Below, one piece after another: positions 38,505 to 48,406 of a stretch of 64,000 nucleotides of DNA. The stretch is from Chloroflexota bacterium (GTDB lineage Bacteria; Chloroflexota; Anaerolineae; Aggregatilineales; UBA3940), in contig JAADYX010000017.1 of NCBI GenBank assembly GCA_010092885.1, positions 9,764 through 73,763 on the forward strand, read 5' to 3'. How positions within the stretch are numbered: position 1 is the first letter of the stretch; every line of letters starts with the position of its first letter. The notes below the pieces were generated by a model, which saw only the letters and a list, made by a program, of their open reading frames with translations, did no database searches and was not told the DNA's origin. The translations under genes and the position numbers were made by a program.

Positions 38505-39834
38505 AAACAGCCGGCAGCAGAGCCGGTGTATGCTCCGCGACGATCGCTGGGGTCAAGCCACCCGCTTCACAGATCGCCTTGTATAGTTCGCCACTCGGCC
38601 GCATCTGGCGTTCCTGTGTCTCAAAATCGACCTCAAACAGGCCGAAACTGAACGCTGGATCGTAGCCCTCGGTCCATTCGAAGTTGTCAACCAGACTCCA
38701 GAAGTAATAGCCATAGACCGGAATCTCTTCCTGCATGGTCCGCCACAGCTCGTGCAAATGGGTGACAATAAAACCAGGGCGGTGCTCGTCGGCCTGATCA
38801 GGGATGCCATTCTCGGTGATGATCAGTGGCAGACGATACTTGTTCCATAGGTGGCGGAGCGTGAGTGAAAGCCCTGGCGGATGGATCTCGCCCCAATCGC
38901 CCGGTCCTTTCAGAATGCCCGGTCGGGTGCCGAGTTCCATGAACATCGCCCGCCCGCCGAAGAGCTTGGTCCGGATCCGGTAGCGCTGGTAGTAGTTCAC
39001 CCCCAGCCAGTCGACTGTGTTGCGGACCTCGGGTATGCGGATAGCACGCCTGCCGGGCACGCGCAGCACACCATCAATAACGCTGGAGAGAAAAAGCCGG
39101 TTGAACAACAGCCGAACCAGCCACGCTGCGACCCAGTCGTTGGGCATCCATAAGCGGTGTGGCTCCCAGATGATCATGTGCTTGGCAAAACCCACAAAAG
39201 CCTTCTCCACCTGGTCGTGGATAATGTGGTAGGCTGCCCCGTGAGCCCTGGCAATGTTGACACCTGCCCGGATCGCCGCGTTGAGATCCCGCTTGCCGGG
39301 CCGCCACCGGCCAAGGGCGTAGGTCTGGCCGATCATTACCATGGGCTCATTGATGGTGCACCACATCGGCGTGAGGTCACCCAATGCGGAGACGATCTTG
39401 TGAGCATAAGACGCAAACCAATCAACTGCTTCCGGGTTCTCCCACCCGCCGCGCTCCACCATCCACAGCGGATTGGTGAAGTGGTGCAGCGTGATCATCG
39501 GTTCAATGCCGCGATCGACCAGACCCTGAATCATCTCACGATAGCGCGCGATAGCTGCCTCATCCCAGACGCCGGGTTTGGGCTCCACACGACTCCACTC
39601 GATGGAGAGCCGGTGTGCGTTGAGCCCCAGATCGGCCATCCGGTCGAAGTCCTCTTCGGCCCGGTTCCACCAATCACAGGCCAGCCCGGCAGACTGGTCA
39701 TGATAGATATACCCGCCTTCCTGAGCAGCCAGCCACCAATCGTTATTGGTGAGGTTGCCCTCCACCTGATATGAGGAGGTCGCGGTACCCCACCGGAAGG
39801 CCTGAGGGAAAATAAGGGATGCATCTGGGTTCAT
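38485..39834 (-). CDS. GH1 family beta-glucosidase
   Basis: Acid/base TINEPMV and nucleophile LIITENGIPD. N-terminus FPQAFRWGTATSSYQVEG. Start at ATG 39834, because the longer start at 39972 would overlap the divergent GT28 gene. Confidence 0.9.
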
Positions 39835-39924
39835 AAATGCTACACTCTGGGTGAACTCACTATCGATTGTGTCGAAAAGTTTAGTCTTCTCACAATCGTC
39901 TTGCAACCTCAATAGGGTGCTGTT

Positions 39925-41049
39925 ATGAAAATGAACATCCTGATTCTGACCAGCGATGCCGGTTTTGGGCACCGAAAAGCCGCAGAGGCTTTAGCGGTCG
40001 TATTCCAGCAGACGTATGCTGATGAGGTCGAGGTAACAATAGCCAACCCTTTTGACGACGATGAAGTGCCCGACATCGTCCGCAACCTTGAGAGTGGCTA
40101 TGACGAGATGGTCACTGAAGACCCAACCTTCTACCAACTCGCCTATGCCGCTACCGACGCGCCTGTTGTGGCCCAACTCATGCAGCAGATCTCCACGACG
40201 GTGCTGCTGCAAACCATGCGCAAAGTCATCCGAGCCCACCAACCTGATGCGATCATCACCACCTACCCAGCCTATATACAGGCCGCAATCCGCGCGAGAG
40301 ACGAGCTCAATTCCAATGCGCCTGTCGCTGTAGTGGTCACCGATCTAATCACGGTGCACAGTCTATGGTTCCATAAGCGTGCCGACCTGACTTTCGTGCC
40401 GACCGGACATGTGATGAAACAAGCCAAAGAGCAGGGGCTCAAGCCCAACCAGCTGATGTTGAGCGGGCTGCCGGTGCATCCTGACGTGGTCACCGAGGAG
40501 CGCGATAAAGCAGAACTACGCCGCGATCTCAATTGGGAGGTCGACATGGATACGATCCTGGTAGTCGGCTCAACACGTGCCCGGCAGACGGCCAATATCG
40601 CACGCCTGCTTGACCAGTCCGGTTTGGAGATTCAGGTAGCAGCGATAGCCGGTGGTGACCAGGAGTTGAAGGAACGATTGGACTCAATAGCATGGCGCGG
40701 GTGTGTGCATGTCTACGGTTTCGTCGACAACATGCCAGAGATGATGCACGCTGCCGATATGATCGCCTGTAAGGCCGGCGGGCTGATAGTCACTGAGTCG
40801 CTGGCTGTCGGGCTGCCTTTGATTCTCTACCAGGCGCTGCCCGGCCAGGAAGTGGGCAATGTGCGTTATGTTGTAGAAAGCGGGGCAGGGGCCTGGTCAC
40901 CGGGGCCCATTGGTGTGCTGACCACAGCGTATGCGTGGCTGACAGGTGACAAAGCTGAGCTCAAGAAGTTCCGTGCAGCCGCGCGTCGGGTGGGCAAACC
41001 ACGTGCCGCATTTGACATCGCGGACCGCGTGATGAAAGCGATCAGATGA
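39925..41049 (+). CDS. GT28 diacylglycerol glycosyltransferase (MGDG synthase / UgtP-like)
   Basis: MKMNILILTSDAGFGHRKAAEAL N-terminus. C-terminal ACKAGGLIVTESLAVGLPLILYQALPGQEVGN. Confidence 0.75.
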   Translation: MKMNILILTSDAGFGHRKAAEALAVVFQQTYADEVEVTIANPFDDDEVPDIVRNLESGYDEMVTEDPTFYQLAYAATDAPVVAQLMQQISTTVLLQTMRKVIRAHQPDAIITTYPAYIQAAIRARDELNSNAPVAVVVTDLITVHSLWFHKRADLTFVPTGHVMKQAKEQGLKPNQLMLSGLPVHPDVVTEERDKAELRRDLNWEVDMDTILVVGSTRARQTANIARLLDQSGLEIQVAAIAGGDQELKERLDSIAWRGCVHVYGFVDNMPEMMHAADMIACKAGGLIVTESLAVGLPLILYQALPGQEVGNVRYVVESGAGAWSPGPIGVLTTAYAWLTGDKAELKKFRAAARRVGKPRAAFDIADRVMKAIR

Positions 41050-41405
41050 CTTGTTGCCACCATACAGAATTTGATGTAGCATCTATGTTGGTTTATAGGA
41101 TGCGTTAGCTTAAACGCAAATACACCACTCTTACTAGGAACACCACCGATCAAGATGGAAACTCCCCTTTCTGGCATATCTTTCTTAGCTTTTGGCTACC
41201 ACCAGGCCAGCCAATGCCTGATCACAAGGTAGTACAGTGCCCAACCTGTGGGTACTGTTCACGGCAGCGATGCTGTGCACGCAGCATTGAAGAGTAAGGA
41301 GGACATGTATAGAAATCCATTGTGATAACTGTCCTGAATCTGTGACATACCGGTTTCACACTACCAACCTTTTAACTTCACTACTTAACCAAATGAGGGA
41401 GAAAA

Positions 41406-44400
41406 ATGCCCCCCAAGTTTAAGACACCTGTCCTGATCGCAGCGATTCTGATTGCCTTCTTCGGCTTCACCGCTGCTGCCCAGGCCCGTGATGGTGCCCC
41501 GGCCCTGCCGACGCCCGCGGGTGGCGAACCGACAGTTGTGGATGCAACTCGCCTTGCAGAGGAAAACAACAACGGTCACTACATGATCGAGCTGGTCGGG
41601 GCCCCGGCCGCACAGGTCTATGCGGATGCAATCGCCGCAGGCCTGCTGAACAGTGACGTGACCGCCGCAACACAGGATCACATCGCTTCCTTGGAAGTGA
41701 CACAGGCCCGTGTTGCCAGTGAGATCACCAACATTGGCGCGACGGTACTGTACTCTCTGCAGCGCGTGAACAACAGTATCGCGATCATCGTCGACTCCCC
41801 GCAGCAGCTCGAACAGATCCAGCGCCTGCCGGAAGTCAACCGTATCTATCCGATCACGCTGCACACGCTTGACAATGTTACCAGCGTGCCGTTTATCGGT
41901 TCTGCGTTGGTTTGGGAGAACCTTGGCTATACTGGTGAGGATATGTCCATCGGCATCATCGATACCGGCATTGACTATCTGCACCTCGGCTTTAATGGGA
42001 CGCAGGACTATGCCAACCAGACCGACCCCACCTTAATCACGGATACACCCTTCCCGGCAGGCCGTGTCGTAGGCGGTACCGACTTCGTCGGCGACAGCTA
42101 TAATGCTAGTGACCCTGCCAATGACATTCCCATGCCGGACCCCGACCCGACTGACTGCAATGGTCACGGTTCACACGTGGCTGGTACAGCCGCTGGTAAC
42201 GGCGTATATGAGGATATCGCCGGTGATTACTTCGCCTGGACCGGTCCCTATAACACCGACCTCTACGGCGCCTTGAACGCTCTGCCGCCTGGTGCGGAAT
42301 GGGTTATTGGCCCGGGTGTTGCTCCTGAGGCCGACCTGTGGGCTCTGAAGGTCTTCGGCTGTGGGGGTTCGACTGCCGTGACCTCCCTGGCTATCGAGTA
42401 CTCCACCGACCCGAACGGCGACGGTGACTTCAGCGACCATCTCGATGTGATCAACATGTCTTTGGGCGCTGCTTACGGCGGTCAGGATGATGACAGCGTT
42501 ATCGCCAGCGACAACGCTGCGCTGATCGGCGTGAGCGTGGTTGCTTCCGCAGGCAACTCGGGTGACGTGAACTTCATCACGGGCAGCCCCGGCTCGTCTG
42601 CCCGCACCGTCAGCACCGCCAGCTCCTATGACAGTGGCGAGTCGGCCATTGGTTTCACCTTCGGTGGCACGACCTATCCGGCTATCCCGGCTGGTTTCGG
42701 CCCGGCAATCACGAGTGCAATCTCTGACCCAATCGAGGTTCCCTCTGGTGCAGCCACCGGTTGCAGTGCCAGCGACTTCACCGGCTTCACAGCGGGTAAC
42801 ATCGCACTGATCGACCGTGGCGCCTGTGCTTTCACAACTAAAGTTCTAAACGCTGAAGCTGCAGGTGCAAGCGCGGCAATCGTAACCAACGTCACCACCA
42901 ACATCCCGATCAGCATGGGCGGCAACGCGCCGTTCCCAACCATCCCATCTGTGATGATCTCTGGTGATGCAGGCGATGTGGTTAAGGCTGGGCTCCCCGG
43001 CTCAGGCACTATTGATCCGGGCAATCCCGTCCCGCTGACCGATACACTGAGCGGCTTCTCTTCACGTGGGCCGGCCCGCGTTGACGACACGATCATGATG
43101 AAGCCCGATATCGCGGCACCTGGCTCGAACATCACCTCCGTTCTGACTGGCTATACCGTTGGCAACGGCTGGGAACCGCTGACCATCAGTGGTACCTCCA
43201 TGGCAGCACCGCACATCGCCGGTACGATGGCGCTGCTGCGTCAGGCCTATCCGGATCTGACCCCCGAGCAGCTCAAGGCCTTGGCCATGAACACCGCCCA
43301 GAGCCCGATCGAGCTGTGGGTTGAGTTCCCAAACCTGCTGGTCGGTAATGCACGTGCGGGTGCGCACCGCGTAAACCACATCAATGCCTTCCAGGCAGAC
43401 GCGATTGCCTATGGTACTGAAATGGGTGGTGCGGTCACGCTGAGCTACGACATCGACCCGATCGGTGCCTCCGATTTCTACGGCTACTTTGACACGGGCA
43501 CGCAGGCTCAGTGGCTGACCATTGAGAACCTGAGCGGCAGCCCGATCACCTTCACCAAATCGGTTCTGCCGATTGTGGACTGGGCAGGCATCACGCCGGA
43601 CTTCAGCGGTACCATCACCGTTCCGGCCAACAGCTCCGTCAACATCCCGGCTCCGGTTGACTACGATTCCGAGATGCTCTACAAGAACTGTGATCCGGCA
43701 CTGGTCACCCCGCCGACTGCTGGTCGCCACTGCTTGGCTGAGGAAAATGGCTTCCTTATCCTGACCTACGGTGGCCAGGAGCTGTGGGTGCCCTACTACG
43801 TGCACGCGGATGTCCACTCTGAGATGTACGCGACTGCCTCAACCGTTTACACCAACGGCGACGGCTCTGCAACCATCTTCTCCGATGGCCTTGAGCTCGA
43901 CCTGTCTAGCCTGGCCACTGATTTTTATGAGTTCCAGACCAGCTACGTCACAGCTTTCGAGCTCGTAGGGGCAGACAACAACGAGGCGTTCTCCTCGAAC
44001 ATGTCCAACAACGCTGACCTGGCCCATCTGGGTATCAACACACCTGGCGACGGTACCGCGTTCTTCGGCATCAATACCTACGGTGAGTGGTCCACTCCGG
44101 ATGAAGTTGAGTTCGACATCTACATCGACCTCGACCAGGACGGCATTGAAGACCTCATCTTGCTCAACTGCAGCGGCGGCGACGATGTATTCAACGTCTG
44201 CTTTGTTGACCTCGCCGGTCTCTACGCGGCTCCGGGCTCGCTGCTGAGCTTTGGGGATCTCGTGAACGTCTTTGACTCTGAAATTGACACGCGCGTCTTC
44301 CGTAACGACGTAATGTTCTTGCCGTTCGATATGACGCTGTACGACATCCCTGCGATCTTCGGCAGCGATCCGGCCTTCGATATGTGGGTTGTGACCTTCA

Positions 44401-45101
44401 GCCGCGACTTCACCGGTGCTGTGGACTGTGTTCCGTCCTGCGATGGCAGTCTGTCCTTCACAGTGGACAACTACCTCGCTCCGGACACGACTGTTCCGTT
44501 GCTCTCGCCGGACTTTGCTGATCCGACGCCGATCCCGGTTGACACCGTTGGTGACGCACAGATCCTGCTGCTGCACCATCACAACCCGACCGGCGCTCGC
44601 GCTGAGGTTGTCAATGTGATTGACGGCTTTGGCGGCGGCGTTGAGCTGCTCCTCAACGGCAGCTTTGAGACGGACGATAACTGGTCAACGTTTGGTGATG
44701 CTGTCCTACAGGGCATTGGCGCCAATGCCTTTGACGGCACACGCGCTGCCCTGGTTGGTCAGAGCGACGCCGAGACCAATGACCTTGTCCGGCAGACGCT
44801 GACTGGCCTACCTGGAGGCGCAGGGGATATCCTCCGCCTGACCTACTATATCGGTGGGCAGAACGTTCCAGGTAGTACCGCAATGGGTGCACAAGTCAGG
44901 TTGTACAGTGGTGGTAGCCCGGTTCAGACTGCGAACTGCCTGAGCAGCGAAAGTGGCACCTTCAACTGGACACAGGTGACCTGTGAAATCAATGCCAACG
45001 CAGCCTTCGACGAACTCGAACTGAATCTAGGTTGGCAGGACCCGACCGGTTCAAGCCTCATCGGCTTCGACGGCGTGTCCGTAGTCTGGTTCGACAACTA
45101 A
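41406..45101 (+). CDS. Secreted S8 subtilisin-like serine protease with PA domain and ~590-aa C-terminal extension
   Basis: Signal peptide. Triad contexts IGIIDTGID (Asp ~41961), HGSHVAGTAAG (His ~42165), SGTSMAAPHIAG (Ser ~43197). PA-domain insert NIALIDRGACAFTTKVLNAEAAGA. GAGGGAG SD. Confidence 0.9.
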   Translation: MPPKFKTPVLIAAILIAFFGFTAAAQARDGAPALPTPAGGEPTVVDATRLAEENNNGHYMIELVGAPAAQVYADAIAAGLLNSDVTAATQDHIASLEVTQARVASEITNIGATVLYSLQRVNNSIAIIVDSPQQLEQIQRLPEVNRIYPITLHTLDNVTSVPFIGSALVWENLGYTGEDMSIGIIDTGIDYLHLGFNGTQDYANQTDPTLITDTPFPAGRVVGGTDFVGDSYNASDPANDIPMPDPDPTDCNGHGSHVAGTAAGNGVYEDIAGDYFAWTGPYNTDLYGALNALPPGAEWVIGPGVAPEADLWALKVFGCGGSTAVTSLAIEYSTDPNGDGDFSDHLDVINMSLGAAYGGQDDDSVIASDNAALIGVSVVASAGNSGDVNFITGSPGSSARTVSTASSYDSGESAIGFTFGGTTYPAIPAGFGPAITSAISDPIEVPSGAATGCSASDFTGFTAGNIALIDRGACAFTTKVLNAEAAGASAAIVTNVTTNIPISMGGNAPFPTIPSVMISGDAGDVVKAGLPGSGTIDPGNPVPLTDTLSGFSSRGPARVDDTIMMKPDIAAPGSNITSVLTGYTVGNGWEPLTISGTSMAAPHIAGTMALLRQAYPDLTPEQLKALAMNTAQSPIELWVEFPNLLVGNARAGAHRVNHINAFQADAIAYGTEMGGAVTLSYDIDPIGASDFYGYFDTGTQAQWLTIENLSGSPITFTKSVLPIVDWAGITPDFSGTITVPANSSVNIPAPVDYDSEMLYKNCDPALVTPPTAGRHCLAEENGFLILTYGGQELWVPYYVHADVHSEMYATASTVYTNGDGSATIFSDGLELDLSSLATDFYEFQTSYVTAFELVGADNNEAFSSNMSNNADLAHLGINTPGDGTAFFGINTYGEWSTPDEVEFDIYIDLDQDGIEDLILLNCSGGDDVFNVCFVDLAGLYAAPGSLLSFGDLVNVFDSEIDTRVFRNDVMFLPFDMTLYDIPAIFGSDPAFDMWVVTFSRDFTGAVDCVPSCDGSLSFTVDNYLAPDTTVPLLSPDFADPTPIPVDTVGDAQILLLHHHNPTGARAEVVNVIDGFGGGVELLLNGSFETDDNWSTFGDAVLQGIGANAFDGTRAALVGQSDAETNDLVRQTLTGLPGGAGDILRLTYYIGGQNVPGSTAMGAQVRLYSGGSPVQTANCLSSESGTFNWTQVTCEINANAAFDELELNLGWQDPTGSSLIGFDGVSVVWFDN

Positions 45102-45132
45102 TCGATCTGACCGGGTCTACCGGTTAGCATAT

Positions 45133-45166
45133 GGGAGCATCACCCTGGTGGTGCTCCCTTTCTATT
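45133..45166 (+). terminator. Intrinsic terminator after the S8 protease gene
   Basis: 11-bp stem GGGAGCATCAC / GTGGTGCTCCC (one G-U pair), 4-nt loop, followed by TTTCTATT. Confidence 0.65.
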
Positions 45167-45214
45167 GGTACTAAACGCAAGCTTGTAGAAAGAAAGCAAA
45201 AAAAGAGTCTTCGT

Positions 45215-45796
45215 ATGAACCGAATCGCGATCACCCTTGCGCTCCTGATGCTGGCAGCCTGTTCGACACCGGAACCCACGGGCGTTGAGTCGTTTTTACC
45301 CTATCCGGACGATGCGCAGGGCTTCATCACTGAACAGCCTGACTTCCCGCCCACGTTTGAACAGGAGGCGTGGACGGCGATCATGATACCGGATCTGGGT
45401 ATGGCGGTTACGGTTCCTGCCGGCTGGGAACTGCGCGGCGAGCTCAATGCCTACCGGATCGGCCCCGCAGATGGGGCTGATGCCCTACAGATCGGAGTGG
45501 CCAACACAATTGATGCGTTCTCCTTGGAAGAGGTGGAGATCGATCTACGCACACAACTGGAAGGCAGCGGCATCACAGATATTGACTACGAGCAAACCAC
45601 AATCTCCTTGAACCCCATGGTCATCGTGCGCGCTGACAATATCGGTGCCTGCCAATACACCTACATTCCGGTGTTTCGCCAACAGGTTGTTGGTGTGCGC
45701 TTCGCGCCTGGCCTGTGCGATCCGGAGGACAACCGCCTGAACGAAGGGGGCTTTGCTATCCTGCGATCCATTGTCTTCACACTGCCCACGGAGTGA
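45215..45796 (+). CDS. Lipoprotein of unknown function
   Basis: Start at MNRIAITLALLMLAACS (lipobox LAAC). The longer ORF-track start would include the terminator hairpin. Confidence 0.5.
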   Translation: MNRIAITLALLMLAACSTPEPTGVESFLPYPDDAQGFITEQPDFPPTFEQEAWTAIMIPDLGMAVTVPAGWELRGELNAYRIGPADGADALQIGVANTIDAFSLEEVEIDLRTQLEGSGITDIDYEQTTISLNPMVIVRADNIGACQYTYIPVFRQQVVGVRFAPGLCDPEDNRLNEGGFAILRSIVFTLPTE

Positions 45797-45799
45797 CCG

Positions 45800-46540
45800 G
45801 TGCTGCGCTCTGCTTTGGTCATAGTCGCCCATCCGGACGATGAAACCATGCTGATGGGCGGTGTGCTTGCACTGCTGGCCTCTCAAGGTGTTGAACTCCA
45901 CATTGCCTGTGCAACACGGGGTGAGGGCGGTGAACTCGGCGAACCGCCTGCGGCCACCCGTGCGACGCTCGGCTCCACCCGTGAACAGGAACTTCGATGT
46001 GCTGCCAAACAGCTCGGGGCGAAGCATGTGACCCTGCTCGGGTACATCGATCCGCTCATCGGACCGGAGGATGAACTGTTCGCGTTTAGTGCTGACTTCG
46101 GTGCATTTGTCGATCAGATCATGGCGTTGGCTCGATCCGCCGAGGCACAGCTCATCCTGACCCACGGCAGCGATGGTGAATATGGCCATCCAGCACACGC
46201 ATTGTGCCATCTGGCTGCCCTCCAAGCAGCCCAGCGGCTTGATCTGCTGCTCTACAGCGCGGCAGCACACGTCCCCACCATCGAAGACCGGCTGTGGAAC
46301 ACCAGCGATCCGGCGCATATCGTGTTGGATATCCGCCCCTGGCTGGATATCAAGGAGGCTGCTGCCCTCTGCCATGCATCGCAGCACGCTCTCTTTAAGC
46401 GGCGGCGTCAACTGAAAACCGTGCGCGGCGCACTGCGTGCCGTTGAAGCATTTCATCGCCACCACCCGCCGCCCGTTGACGAGCATCCCAACGATCACTT
46501 TGCTCAGCTGCTGAGAGCCGCAGGCGGCGGGTCACCGTAA
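45800..46540 (+). CDS. PIG-L / LmbE-family N-acetylglucosaminyl deacetylase
   Basis: ALVIVAHPDDETMLMGG motif and later HPAH. GTG start 4 nt after the upstream stop. Confidence 0.8.
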   Translation: MLRSALVIVAHPDDETMLMGGVLALLASQGVELHIACATRGEGGELGEPPAATRATLGSTREQELRCAAKQLGAKHVTLLGYIDPLIGPEDELFAFSADFGAFVDQIMALARSAEAQLILTHGSDGEYGHPAHALCHLAALQAAQRLDLLLYSAAAHVPTIEDRLWNTSDPAHIVLDIRPWLDIKEAAALCHASQHALFKRRRQLKTVRGALRAVEAFHRHHPPPVDEHPNDHFAQLLRAAGGGSP

Positions 46541-46605
46541 GCTTGCCAGCTCTGCGGGTTGGCGCTACGCTCCGCATATAACGCTGATTTGCTCCATGGG
46601 ACAAT

Positions 46606-47274
46606 ATGAAGCGCATCGCAATCATAGCAGTCGTAGTAGTATTCCTCGCATCTCCGACGCGCGCTGCTGAGATATTCATCTTGCCTTTCACCGATCCACC
46701 TGGGCCAAGCACATGGTACGTTGTTCAGTTCTATGGCAACACGCAAGGTGCCTATCGCAACCGGGTGAACTGGTATCAGGCAGGGCAGGGGCTGCATTTC
46801 GGGGTCGATTTTGCCGCCCGCTGTGGTACGCCTGTTGTCGCTGTCGGTGAGGGTGAGATTGTCGGCATCGACGATCTGAAACGCGGCGCCGGACCACACA
46901 ATCTGCTCATCGAACACCCGAACGGGTATGTATCCCTATATGGCCATCTGCTGGAAGCGCCACAGCTGTACATTGGCCAGACGGTTGAGCAGGGACAGGT
47001 GGTCGGCCTGTCGGGCGATCCGGACGGGTCATGCACCTCACGACCTCATCTTCACCTGGAGATCCGCAGTGTGGGATACGGCTATGCGTACAACCCGCTT
47101 GATTTCATTGAGGCCGATTGGGACTCGCTGGCGCTGTTCGGTCCGTCCAGCGGCTTTCAACGTGATTTGAACGCGCCGCACCGGTGGCAAACGCTGGCTG
47201 ACCAACCGAGTGTGGATTTCTGGGGGCCGATGCTCAACGAGTACGACCGGCCTTGGCCTCCGTCTGGATGGTGA
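46606..47274 (+). CDS. Secreted M23 (LytM-type) metallopeptidase, copy 1
   Basis: Signal peptide. HxxxD (GLHFGVDF) and HxH (PHLHLEI) zinc motifs. Confidence 0.8.
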   Translation: MKRIAIIAVVVVFLASPTRAAEIFILPFTDPPGPSTWYVVQFYGNTQGAYRNRVNWYQAGQGLHFGVDFAARCGTPVVAVGEGEIVGIDDLKRGAGPHNLLIEHPNGYVSLYGHLLEAPQLYIGQTVEQGQVVGLSGDPDGSCTSRPHLHLEIRSVGYGYAYNPLDFIEADWDSLALFGPSSGFQRDLNAPHRWQTLADQPSVDFWGPMLNEYDRPWPPSGW

Positions 47275-47278
47275 TACT

Positions 47279-48406
47279 ATGCGTCTGACAGCTGTTGTAC
47301 TCACCGGGTTGGTCCTGGCGGCCTGTGCTGTGCCGCCCCCGCCCCCAACCGTAGCTGAAGCTCCATCGCTCGAGCCACCAACGGCTGAACCGACCGCACA
47401 ACCCGCCGCTGTTGACCCGACCACACCGCCTCTGCTCCCAACTCCGACACCGTTTGCGCCAGTGCTCAGCCAGTTGACCGAATCCGGCTGCTGTACGGAA
47501 CCGATCTGGTCGCCGGACGGTCAACAGGTGCGCTTCATCGACCAGCCCGCCGATGAACCAGTTGGCATTTACGGCATCGATATCGACACCAGGAACCTCG
47601 AATTGGTCAGCCAACAAGTGGGTGTGCTCAGCCCGGACGGTCGCATCCTGGCCTATCTCAACGAAGACGATGAGACGACCCTCCGCGATCTGGAAACGGA
47701 CGAAGAATGGCTCGTGCCCAGTGACGGACGAGGTGTGCTCTTTTCGCCGGATATGCAGCGCATTGCCTGGTCCATCTCGACGATCTCTGGCGGCTTTGAC
47801 GAACGCCAGACGATCGTGCTCGCCTCCGATCTACGCGGTGAGGCTGCTCAGGAGATCATTCGGGTGACAGGCGGCGGACTGCTCGGCTGGTTGGATGGCA
47901 GCCGCATGCTGATCTACGGGCAGGAGCCCGGCGAGGCGGAACGAAGCCTTTTCGTCTACCACATAGAAGGTGACGAGCGCACCAACCTGGTGACCGGGCA
48001 GCGCATCCGTGCAGTGAGCATCGCACCGGGCGGTGAATGGGTCTTCTATGCCATTGCCCTCAACCCGGATGGCGATACTTCGCAGGAGGGCTTTTGGGTG
48101 TCGAGCACAACGGGTGGGCCACAGTACCGGCTGGATATCGTTGGCAGCGCCCAATGGCGTGACGAGCATCGGCTGCTGGTCATCCCGTTGGAATTGGATG
48201 CGCCCAGCCACCGGCTGTGGCAGTTCAATGCGGCAACAGGCCAATCAAGCATCCTCACCGATGGCATCGACACGCCTTTCCGGGTGATGGCGAACAACTG
48301 GCGTGTGGCCCCAACCGGCGATCGGATCGTCTTTTTGAATGCTGCCGATGAAGCACTCTGGCTGCTGGAATTGGGCCCGATCGGCCTGGAGGAGGACGCA
48401 CAGTGA
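47279..48406 (+). CDS. Lipoprotein with PD40/TolB-like beta-propeller repeats
   Basis: Start at MRLTAVVLTGLVLAACA (lipobox). Pro-rich linker. IWSPDGQQVRFI, LSPDGRILAY, FSPDMQRIAWS. Confidence 0.65.
   Translation: MRLTAVVLTGLVLAACAVPPPPPTVAEAPSLEPPTAEPTAQPAAVDPTTPPLLPTPTPFAPVLSQLTESGCCTEPIWSPDGQQVRFIDQPADEPVGIYGIDIDTRNLELVSQQVGVLSPDGRILAYLNEDDETTLRDLETDEEWLVPSDGRGVLFSPDMQRIAWSISTISGGFDERQTIVLASDLRGEAAQEIIRVTGGGLLGWLDGSRMLIYGQEPGEAERSLFVYHIEGDERTNLVTGQRIRAVSIAPGGEWVFYAIALNPDGDTSQEGFWVSSTTGGPQYRLDIVGSAQWRDEHRLLVIPLELDAPSHRLWQFNAATGQSSILTDGIDTPFRVMANNWRVAPTGDRIVFLNAADEALWLLELGPIGLEEDAQ

Noticed and set aside
43062-44582. Two ~250-aa minus-strand ORFs inside the S8 protease gene
   Set aside because: They are antisense to a continuous 1231-aa ORF with a complete subtilase triad. 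No independent support.
45545-46498. 317-aa minus-strand ORF opposite the lipoprotein and PIG-L genes
   Set aside because: The sense strand carries the AHPDDE deacetylase signature. The antisense translation is low-complexity and unmatched.
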